DNA of 64,000 nucleotides from Bacteroidales bacterium (GTDB lineage Bacteria; Bacteroidota; Bacteroidia; Bacteroidales; UBA12077): NCBI GenBank assembly GCA_028282585.1, contig JANQHR010000046.1, positions 57,021 to 121,020 of the forward strand, read 5' to 3'. Shown piece by piece: positions 56,901 to 64,000 of this stretch (position 1 is its first letter; each line of letters starts with the position of its first letter). The notes under the pieces were generated by a model. It saw only the letters and a program-made list of their open reading frames with translations, ran no database searches and was not told where the DNA came from. The position numbers and the translations under genes were made by a program.

Positions 56901-59234
56901 AACAACCTTATATAGCATACTGTGACTACTGAAGTGCTGAGATAAATCTAATAGCAGTATTCTTTTTTGATTTTGTTTTTTTTCGCTTGCTGTATTACCT
57001 GAACTGTTAAAAACTATTGGCGCATCAATTTTTATTTTTTGATCGAATTTTAGCTGTGTATTATTTAATCCGGCAAGCTCCATAATATCTTCAACATTAT
57101 TAATTTCAACAGGCAAATAAGCATTATATTTTTGTATAAGGGCCGTTTCATTTAAGACCTTCATCTGTGCCGGAAGTACCTGTTTAAGCCGATCTTTATT
57201 AAGAAAATACTCATTCATAAAATCAGCCTGATACTTTCTTGTAAAAGATTTCGGAAATGGTAAAGTTTCCGGTAGTTCATGAAATGCCCTATCTTTTGAA
57301 TTCATTATATCACTTTTTCGCACTCCATTTTTCAAAGCAAATTCTTCCATTTCTGTATTTGGAAAGATTTTTAGAATATGTATATATGGAAAATGTAACC
57401 ATTTAATATCCTTTATAAATTTTAGGGTCATCATAGCTTCCTCTTCTGTTTCGGTTGGGAATCCATGCATGGTTGCCATTTCCAGTATTACATGTGGATG
57501 AGTATTTGCTATATAGTTTACAACATCACGAAATTTATCAAGGTTTAGGTTCTTTTTTAGTAATTTTTGTAACCTTGGGGAGGCTGTTTCCAATGATAAA
57601 TTAATTCCTCTGGTACCTGCTTCTACCATCAAATCAATATAATCCGGAGTCATGATATCTCCTCTTAAACCATTTGGAAAGAATAACTGAATATCAAGCT
57701 TATTTTTTACAATATTTTGAAGAAGCGCGCCACTTTCTCGTAAATTCAAATTAAAACAATCATCAATAACAGCAAAGTTCCGAACACCTTTTTTATAAAA
57801 AGATTTTATTTCCTCGAAAATATTATCACCACTTCTATGGACATGGTGTTTAGACCAAATTTTATGACAATAAAGACATTTATACGGGCACCCCCGTGTT
57901 GTTTGTATTGACATACAATTTGTAACACTCGCCATCCCAATCTTATTTTTATAATTTTTTAAGTTAATTAATGATCTATTTGGAATTGGCAAATCTTCAA
58001 ATTCTTTAATATGGCCTCTTATTGGATTTTTAATAACCTGAATACTAGATTCTTTTTCAAAATTTTGTAAAAAAGTAAATGAAAATTTCTCAATACTTTT
58101 TGAATTTGTAAGTATTAATTTAGCCCCTGAATTTTCAATCATATAGTTGATCCTGTCATGAGGGAGGTCCGTATCGATTGGTAAATAAGCAGCACCTGTT
58201 TTTAGCACAGCTAATATACTTATAATCACATCAGCAGATCTATTCATCATAACACCAATAATATCTCCTCTTGACACACCTTTGTCTATTAATAAATTTG
58301 CCAGTTTGTTAGCTCTGATATTTAAATCAGTATAAGTCAACTCACATTCATCGTCTTTAACTGCCTTATTATTTGGCACTTTCAAGACTTGTCTTTCAAA
58401 AAGATTATGAATTGTAATCTCCTTAGGGTATTCAAGATCATAACTGTTAAAACCATTTAATATACCAAGTTCTGAACTAGTTAACATTTCAATATTTGAA
58501 ATCTTAAATTGTGTGTTATTGATAGAATTTTTTAAAATTTCAATAAAGTGATTCGCAATGGATATTATTGTTGCTTCATAATATTTATTGGCATTATAAT
58601 CTATGACTCCATTAATCTTTCCATTTTCTCTTTTAAAACGAAATGCAATTGTTGGTTTAGTTTCAGAAAATACATTTGCATGTTGAATATTTTCAAGACA
58701 TATTCCAATATCGTATAAATTCTCTTTTTCGAAAGTTTCACCATCAAAACTTAATTCTTCTTTTAAATTTAGGATTGGATAATTTCTATTTAGATCTGCA
58801 TCAGCTAACAGTTCTTTTACCTCCAAAAGCAGATTTTTATATTCTTGAGAAGTTTCAAATCTATGTCTTAAAATTAAAGACTTATTATAAACTTCAAATT
58901 CATTTTCGCGTTTAAAAATTGGCGTACCTAAAAGAATATCCTTTTTACCAAAGTATTTATTAAATTGAAGAAACAAGTTTGTAACTAATATTACGAGTAA
59001 CTTTAAATCAGATTTATTAGACAAATTATGTAAAAGCTCAGTTATGGAATTATTAAAGCTAAATTCGAAACTCTTGCAATTATAATTCTTATTGTTAGAT
59101 TTATCTTCAATGAATTTTGAAACTGCCAATTCTCCACTTAACTGGTTTTTCCAATATTCTTTCTCCTTAACAAATTGATTTGCTGATATGTCAAGTTGCA
59201 CCAAATTTCTAACACTTCCGCTTTTAGTATTCAT
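53934..59234 (-). CDS. NRPS module: half-C-A[radical SAM/B12 insert and ANH/PP-loop-like insert]-T
   Basis: A2 LKTGAAYLPID, CPYKCLYC (57867-57890), B12 domain, A3 YTSGSTGVPKG, A8 GRKDEQVKVRGYRIE, ~335 aa second insert, A9 LPEYMVP and T FFDLGGSSL. Code about DPFYFGTINK, unassigned. Confidence 0.92.
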   Translation of the reverse strand: MNTKSGSVRNLVQLDISANQFVKEKEYWKNQLSGELAVSKFIEDKSNNKNYNCKSFEFSFNNSITELLHNLSNKSDLKLLVILVTNLFLQFNKYFGKKDILLGTPIFKRENEFEVYNKSLILRHRFETSQEYKNLLLEVKELLADADLNRNYPILNLKEELSFDGETFEKENLYDIGICLENIQHANVFSETKPTIAFRFKRENGKINGVIDYNANKYYEATIISIANHFIEILKNSINNTQFKISNIEMLTSSELGILNGFNSYDLEYPKEITIHNLFERQVLKVPNNKAVKDDECELTYTDLNIRANKLANLLIDKGVSRGDIIGVMMNRSADVIISILAVLKTGAAYLPIDTDLPHDRINYMIENSGAKLILTNSKSIEKFSFTFLQNFEKESSIQVIKNPIRGHIKEFEDLPIPNRSLINLKNYKNKIGMASVTNCMSIQTTRGCPYKCLYCHKIWSKHHVHRSGDNIFEEIKSFYKKGVRNFAVIDDCFNLNLRESGALLQNIVKNKLDIQLFFPNGLRGDIMTPDYIDLMVEAGTRGINLSLETASPRLQKLLKKNLNLDKFRDVVNYIANTHPHVILEMATMHGFPTETEEEAMMTLKFIKDIKWLHFPYIHILKIFPNTEMEEFALKNGVRKSDIMNSKDRAFHELPETLPFPKSFTRKYQADFMNEYFLNKDRLKQVLPAQMKVLNETALIQKYNAYLPVEINNVEDIMELAGLNNTQLKFDQKIKIDAPIVFNSSGNTASEKKQNQKRILLLDLSQHFSSHSMLYKVVEQPIGLVYLLTYLKKKFKDKIDGLIYKAGVDFDNYQELQTLVKEFNPDLIGIRTLTFYRDFFHQTVSIIRNWGIKVPLIVGGPYASSDYDTILKDENVDLAVLGEGEYTFEELLKEFFKNDFNIPDTRQLESINGIVYKKILQKNVLDTRNIIIIDQMVDQLKDKPSSNLDIPTNGSDLAFVMYTSGSTGVPKGVMVEHKQVNNCVFWMDKEFGMLETDVMAQRTNLTFDPSVFEVFWPLYKGAKVKVINDIISKDANHLIKLLSKATEITKMYCTASMFTAITHILDSYENDIKIKIPLLFIGAEPVAANVVRNFHNYLEGRVVNTYGPTEGTINNTFYPLKKDDTREIIPIGNNVANNQVYILSDDLQQKPLGYYGEICIAGDSIARGYINNWKKTNEVFIDNPFGEGKLYKTGDIGRRLIDGNIEIKGRKDEQVKVRGYRIELGEIKNALQKHQNIKDCVLMVRSPKDDKPELKYCKKCGINSTYPEIKIDDSNICNQCNSLEKNSKVINEYFKSLDDLQTFVKEQNKDKESKYDCILLYAGGRGAGYALYQLVKMGLKVLTLTYDNGYFSKSDIKNIKYVTSSLGVENIILKHDISDIILKESMKSFSTVCRGCFHVSSSLAAEYAYKHDIKVVIGATLSRGQIIENKLNIFMKSENMDNQLIEKEILNMQKNTPKIDSKIFDLVDIDVVTDGRIHDKVRFLDFYRFCDIKNEDLITYLNKQDSYWKKKKDFAVYSTNCAIKEIGDYGFMKDHGFHYYGSATSWEKRLDHLSLENVEEDLNCKVSEKAYGNFLRRLGVSEKVNIRDDEKYIAAYFIPVNGFSENVNSNTLREFLLESLPEYMVPSYFTEIPSIPLTISGKIDFKSLPAPQKDRAMTGTTYVAPESKMEKSVEAIWKEVLKLNRIGVNDNFFDLGGSSLSLILVNTKLNELLDKEIPITTLFTYTTIKGLTDHLESEQSEENTTVNNFETLEEGKDFMKNSFLNN
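54480..55490 (-). other. Adenine nucleotide alpha-hydrolase (PP-loop)-like domain inserted between A8 and A9
   Basis: CKKC...CNQC, then SKYDCILLYAGGRGAGYAL (at the position of the YDCxxxxSGGKDS PP-loop), TYDNGY, VCRGCF and STNC. Confidence 0.72.
56450..58090 (-). other. Inserted radical SAM plus cobalamin-binding didomain (permuted order)
   Basis: EFEDLPIPNRSL, TRGCPYKCLYC and FFPNGLRGD, then RILLLDLS, EQPIGLVYL, IVGGPYAS, LGEGE and INGIVYK. Boundaries approximate. Confidence 0.88.
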
Positions 59235-59318
59235 AGGAATAATTAATTTACTATAAATGAGAAATACTTAAGAGTTTAAATACTGAAGTAGTAATTTTAT
59301 GAATTCAGTTGTTTTATA

Positions 59319-62300
59319 TTAAAAGGTAAAATCTTCTTCTTCATCAAAAATTGATTTAACCGTTTCAGTTTCTTCTTTTAATTTAAAATTATTCAACTCC
59401 AATTCAGGATTATCTAAAATTTGATTTATAATTTGCTTAAAATGTTTACTGATTAATTTAATCGTTTCTTTTCGGAATAAACTAATAGCATACTCTAAAT
59501 AGAGTTTAATATGATCTTCCTTATCAAAAGCCTGTAAATGGATATCAAAATGAGATACTTTATGTTCATATTGAATATCCTTAAGTTGAAAATGTGCACT
59601 TTCATATTCTTGATCGTAATTTTGCAATACGAACATTATATCAAATAAAGGATTTCTATTATTTCTTATTTCTATTCCAAGCTTTTCAACAAGTCTATCG
59701 AATGGATAATCTTGATTTTCAAATGCATTAATTGTATTTATTTTTATGTTATTTAAATACTCTATAAAATTATCATTGGTATTTATATTAGTTCTTAAAG
59801 CCAGGGTATTTATAAAAAAACCTGCAATGTTATACAGATCATTGTGATTTCTTCCAGCAATAGGCAGTCCAACTATAATGTCGTTCTGTCCAGTATATTT
59901 ATGAATTAATAAATTATAAACAGAGAAAAGAAATTGATATAAAGTCGATCCATTTTCTTTTATAAATCGATCTATTTTACTCTTTAAATTCGCTTCAATT
60001 TCAAACTCTACAGTTTCACCACTTCTTTCTTCTAATACACCTCTGTTGTAATCTAGAGGCAATTTTAATTCTGGAATATCACCTTTAAAAATATTTAACC
60101 AGAATCTTTCCTGTTTTTTCATCAATTCTGAGTTTAACAATTTAATTTGCCAGTTCGAATAGTCTTTATATTGAAGCTTTTCTCTTTTTAGGCTTTTTCC
60201 ATCATATAATTTAAAGAAATCATTCATTAGCAAATAACTGGTAATACCATCTGAAATAATATGATGGATATCAAAAATTAAAATATGAGATCTATGATTA
60301 ATTTTTAGAAGTCCAACTCTAAAAAATGGAGCGTCTTCTAAAGCAAAAGGTTTTACAAATTCTTGAATATATTCCTTTACATCTCCTCTTTCTGCTTTTT
60401 TATAATATATATCAAAATCTATATTATCATAAACAACTTGTACAGGTTTATCATTTACTAATTTTATTGCAGTTCTAAGTACTTCATGTCTTTTTACTAA
60501 TTCTTTGATCGCTTTGTGAAAATTCTCCATATTAAGTTCACCTAGCAATTCTGATGCGAATACTAAATTATATGTAGTAGTATTTCCTTGTAATAAATTA
60601 GTTAAATATAATCTTTTTTGTGCTGAAGAAAGGGCATAATATTCTCTCTTTTCAATTGGATCAATAGCGTGATATTCCTTTTTTGATTTATTTTCAATCA
60701 AAAATGCCATTTCTTTTAACACAGGAGAAATAAAGATATCTTTTAACTGAAGTTCTATTCCAAAAGATTTTTTAATTTTTAAAACAAGAGTATTTGCTCT
60801 TAAAGAATGCCCCCCACATTCAAAAAAGTTACTATTATTACTTATTTCTTTTTCCTCAATATTTAAAACATCGGACCAGGCTTTGACCAGGTCTTTTTCC
60901 GTACTTGTAACAGGTTTTTCAAATAATTTAGTATTTTCAAAATTAGGACAAGGAAGTAACCTTCTATTTAATTTACCATTTGCAGTTAAAGGAATCTCAT
61001 CTAAAACAATATAATGGGATGGTATCATATAATCAGGCAACTTATTTAATAAGAAATCTCTTAAAACTGTTTCTATATCTTCAATTTCTGAAGTTATAAC
61101 AACATAAGCACATAAATACTTTATTTGCATTTTATCAAAGACATCAACTACAGCTGCCTCCTTAACTAGCTCATGATTTATCAGGCTATTTTCTATTTCT
61201 CCCGGTTCAATTCGATAACCTCTTATTTTTAATTGTTGATCCGTTCTTCCAAGAAACTCAATTGATCCATCCAAAAGTCGTCTTCCATAATCACCAGTTC
61301 TATACAATATCTTGTTTTTATTATAAGGACTCTTAATAAATTTTTCTTTTGTCAAATCATATCTCCCATAATAGCCCCTACCAACAGAATCTCCTTCAAT
61401 ATATAACTCTCCCTTTACACCTAATGGTAAGATATTTTTATACTGATCTAAAACGTAGATTGACGTATTATTTATTGGAAATCCTATAGATGGAATTTCC
61501 GGAATCCGATCTTTTGGATCAATGGTTAAAGTAGTTACAACATGTGTCTCTGATGGTCCATAGTGGTTATGTAAGTATGTATTAGTACCTTTTAAATATT
61601 TTTTAAATCTGTCACTAATGATAAGTTGCTCACCCGCAGTTATGATATGTTGAATACATGATGGAATCAGGTTATAGTCTTCATAATTATTAAAAATAAA
61701 TTTTGCATATGATGTAGGAAAAAATACTGTTGAAATTGAATTATCTTTAATCCGTTTGAAAAGCTTATTTATATCCTTTTTATCATCCTCGTTAATTAAA
61801 TAAAGGGTACCTCCGTATAATAAAGTTGAGAAAATTTCTTGAAATGATACATCAAAACTTATTGAATTAAATTGTAAAACTTTTTCAAATTCTATATTTA
61901 AGTTCCGATTATTTTCTATAAGATTTAAAAGGTTTTTTTGCTCTAACATTACACCCTTAGGCTGCCCTGTTGAACCTGAAGTGTATATTACATAGAATAA
62001 ATCACTCAAACGGCTAACTCTCTCAAGAGCCTGACAACCAGAGTTATAATTAGTAGGATCAGATAAGTCCAATAAGATTAATGATCCTAAAATACTATTA
62101 TTAGTTCTTTCTTTATACTTTTGATTTGTTAATAATATCTTTACATCACACTCATTAAGAATAAACTCTTTTCTTTTTTCAGGATAATCAATATTTATAG
62201 GTAAACACGCACCTCCGGACTTCAAAATTCCAAGAATACCAATAATCATTTCTATGGATCTATCAATCATTAAACCTACAATATTATCAGGTCTCACACC

Positions 62301-64000
62301 TTTTTCTCTTAAATTTCTGGCTAAACTATTGGATTTTTCTTCAAGCTCTTGATATGTAATAGATTTTCCATAATAAACTACTGCTTCTTTTTGGGATTTT
62401 GATAGTGCAATTTTTGAAAATTGCTCATGTATTAAAATATTTTCACCTTGATATTTCGTTCCTTTACTGGAATTAATTATATCAATTTCCGTTTTAGCTC
62501 CTATTAATTTAACATCTCTTATTTTTTTGTTGCCACCTTTAAATTCCTTTATAATATTCTTAAAATAACCAATAAATTGATCAATAGTTTCTGATTTAAA
62601 AAGTTTAGTACTATACTCAAAAGTAAGTTTTATATTAGATCCTAAATTTAAGGCAGTTAAACTCAAATCAAACTTAGAAACATTCTGTAACAGATCATAA
62701 TTTTTATCAAATACTTTGGATAGAACAATATCTTCTGATTCCAATAAATTAAACATCACATCGAATATTGGATTTCGGCTTGTATCGCGTTCTAAAGCTA
62801 ATTTTTCCACCAAGTCTTCAAATAAATACTCCTGATTTTCATAAGAAGCTAAAGTACTAATCTTTAATTCTTCGAAAAACTCATTCAACTTTTTATCCCC
62901 AAAAACATCTATACGTAGCGCTAATGTATTTACAAACATTCCTACGATTCCTTCCAAATCAGCATGGCGCCTTGATGCTACAGGGGTTCCAATTATAATA
63001 TCTTCCTGCCCGCTTAATTTAGACAAAAAAACAATATATACTCCCAATAGAGACATATACAAGGTTAAGCCATTTTCTTTACATATATCTTTTAAGACTT
63101 GAACTTCTTCTTCTGATAACTTAAAATGTTTACTTGATCCTTTAAAATCTTGAATTAACGGCCTTGTATAATCAATTGGCAACTCCAGTACTGGTAATTC
63201 TCCGGACAACTTGTTTAACCAATAAGATTCTTGTTGCTTTAAAATTTCTTGCTGCTCTTTGCTTCTTTGCCATTCACTATAATCTTTATATTGTAATCCT
63301 AAAGGAGGTAATTCAATTCCGGTTAATAGATTATTTAGCTCATATGATAAAATCTCTTGTGATCTACCATCACTTATGATATGGTGCATATCAACCAACA
63401 ATAGATTATCACTATTTTGTATATCCAAATAAAACACTCGTATTAAAGGTGCTTTGCTTAAATCAAATGGACGTATAAATTCATCTTTAAGTTTGCCTAT
63501 ATCTTCAATTTTTATCTGATATTTTGTTACCGTTAGTGATATTTTTGGCTCTATATGCTGGACAGGTTTCTCATCAATAGTTATAAAACTTGTTCTCAAA
63601 GATTCATGACGTTCGACCAGCCTTTGAAGTACGCTATTGACTTTTTCAATTGGTACTCCTTTAGATATAGGAACTACAACAGGCATATTATATGCAAAAC
63701 TCTCCAGATCAAACAATTGCAACAAATACAAACGTCGTTGAGATGATGATAATTCATAATGAGGTTGCTTTGGCGCTTTTGGAATAGAATTATACTTGAT
63801 CTTATCTGAGGAAGCAACTAGTTTTGATAGCCTTGAGATTGTTTGATACTTAAATACCTCTCGTAAATTTATAGCTACTTCTAATTCTTTCTTTATATGT
63901 AATACTAAAATCGTAGCTTTTAAGGAGTGACCGCCTAATTCAAAAAAACTAACATTGGTGCTTATATCTCCAACTGGTATTCCTAAAATATCCGACCATA
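59319..64000 (-). CDS. NRPS subunit, 5'-truncated by the window edge: ...T-C-A(Pro)-T-C
   Basis: The frame stays open beyond 63731 to the window edge and encodes a T domain (WSDILG...FFELGGHSL). Then C HHIISDG, A code about DVQFIAHVVK (Pro), T GGHSL and terminal C HHIISDG ending EEEDFTF. Confidence 0.92.
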   Translation of the reverse strand, partial: WSDILGIPVGDISTNVSFFELGGHSLKATILVLHIKKELEVAINLREVFKYQTISRLSKLVASSDKIKYNSIPKAPKQPHYELSSSQRRLYLLQLFDLESFAYNMPVVVPISKGVPIEKVNSVLQRLVERHESLRTSFITIDEKPVQHIEPKISLTVTKYQIKIEDIGKLKDEFIRPFDLSKAPLIRVFYLDIQNSDNLLLVDMHHIISDGRSQEILSYELNNLLTGIELPPLGLQYKDYSEWQRSKEQQEILKQQESYWLNKLSGELPVLELPIDYTRPLIQDFKGSSKHFKLSEEEVQVLKDICKENGLTLYMSLLGVYIVFLSKLSGQEDIIIGTPVASRRHADLEGIVGMFVNTLALRIDVFGDKKLNEFFEELKISTLASYENQEYLFEDLVEKLALERDTSRNPIFDVMFNLLESEDIVLSKVFDKNYDLLQNVSKFDLSLTALNLGSNIKLTFEYSTKLFKSETIDQFIGYFKNIIKEFKGGNKKIRDVKLIGAKTEIDIINSSKGTKYQGENILIHEQFSKIALSKSQKEAVVYYGKSITYQELEEKSNSLARNLREKGVRPDNIVGLMIDRSIEMIIGILGILKSGGACLPINIDYPEKRKEFILNECDVKILLTNQKYKERTNNSILGSLILLDLSDPTNYNSGCQALERVSRLSDLFYVIYTSGSTGQPKGVMLEQKNLLNLIENNRNLNIEFEKVLQFNSISFDVSFQEIFSTLLYGGTLYLINEDDKKDINKLFKRIKDNSISTVFFPTSYAKFIFNNYEDYNLIPSCIQHIITAGEQLIISDRFKKYLKGTNTYLHNHYGPSETHVVTTLTIDPKDRIPEIPSIGFPINNTSIYVLDQYKNILPLGVKGELYIEGDSVGRGYYGRYDLTKEKFIKSPYNKNKILYRTGDYGRRLLDGSIEFLGRTDQQLKIRGYRIEPGEIENSLINHELVKEAAVVDVFDKMQIKYLCAYVVITSEIEDIETVLRDFLLNKLPDYMIPSHYIVLDEIPLTANGKLNRRLLPCPNFENTKLFEKPVTSTEKDLVKAWSDVLNIEEKEISNNSNFFECGGHSLRANTLVLKIKKSFGIELQLKDIFISPVLKEMAFLIENKSKKEYHAIDPIEKREYYALSSAQKRLYLTNLLQGNTTTYNLVFASELLGELNMENFHKAIKELVKRHEVLRTAIKLVNDKPVQVVYDNIDFDIYYKKAERGDVKEYIQEFVKPFALEDAPFFRVGLLKINHRSHILIFDIHHIISDGITSYLLMNDFFKLYDGKSLKREKLQYKDYSNWQIKLLNSELMKKQERFWLNIFKGDIPELKLPLDYNRGVLEERSGETVEFEIEANLKSKIDRFIKENGSTLYQFLFSVYNLLIHKYTGQNDIIVGLPIAGRNHNDLYNIAGFFINTLALRTNINTNDNFIEYLNNIKINTINAFENQDYPFDRLVEKLGIEIRNNRNPLFDIMFVLQNYDQEYESAHFQLKDIQYEHKVSHFDIHLQAFDKEDHIKLYLEYAISLFRKETIKLISKHFKQIINQILDNPELELNNFKLKEETETVKSIFDEEEDFTF

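Noticed and set aside
15410-58090. Radical SAM/B12 inserts as assembly chimeras, inteins or mobile elements
   Set aside because: Three diverged copies sit in frame at the same structural site with intact host motifs. I see no intein Cys/His-Asn termini, transposase or terminal repeats.
900-63746. All short plus-strand ORFs in the track (for example 900-1274, 16401-16772, 35901-36374, 54055-54450)
   Set aside because: They lie antisense to long motif-rich minus-strand genes and show no recognisable motifs, so they are shadow ORFs.
63732-64000. Treating 63731 as a gene start with an upstream promoter region
   Set aside because: The frame remains open and encodes a T domain up to the window edge; the gene starts outside the window.
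1-64000. Repeated nucleotide blocks (for example around YTSGxTG, QYKDYSEWQ and GGHSL) as a repeat array or CRISPR
   Set aside because: They are conserved coding motifs of paralogous NRPS domains, with no regular repeat-spacer period.

Overview
The whole 64 kb is the interior of one AT-rich, minus-strand hybrid NRPS-PKS biosynthetic gene cluster, truncated at both window ends. Starts lack Shine-Dalgarno motifs, which suggests Bacteroidota (inference). Order of transcription, right to left (C* = half C domain; residue calls are specificity codes read by eye): [T]-C-A(Pro)-T-C | C*-A(?)-T | FkbH-type extender cassette | KS-AT-KR-DH-ACP-C-A(Gly)-T-C | MiaB/RimO-like methylthiotransferase | C*-A(Asn)-T-GT-C-A(Ser)-T | C-A(Asn)-T | B12 radical SAM | alpha/beta hydrolase | C-A(basic)-T-C-A(basic)-T | C-A(?)-T-C | C-A(Thr)-T | stand-alone C | RaSEA-like radical SAM | PLP enzyme | C*-A(?)... 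The main signal is that three A domains of different predicted specificity each carry, between core motifs A2 and A3, a ~540-550 aa cobalamin-dependent radical SAM enzyme in circularly permuted order (radical SAM first, B12-binding second). One of these A domains has a second, AlbIV/CysH-like insert between A8 and A9, another A domain has a GNAT insert, and a GT-B glycosyltransferase is embedded between modules. Two free-standing radical SAM enzymes end in the same docking-like tails as the NRPS subunits. No TE or E domain, RNA gene, mobile element or CRISPR array is visible.
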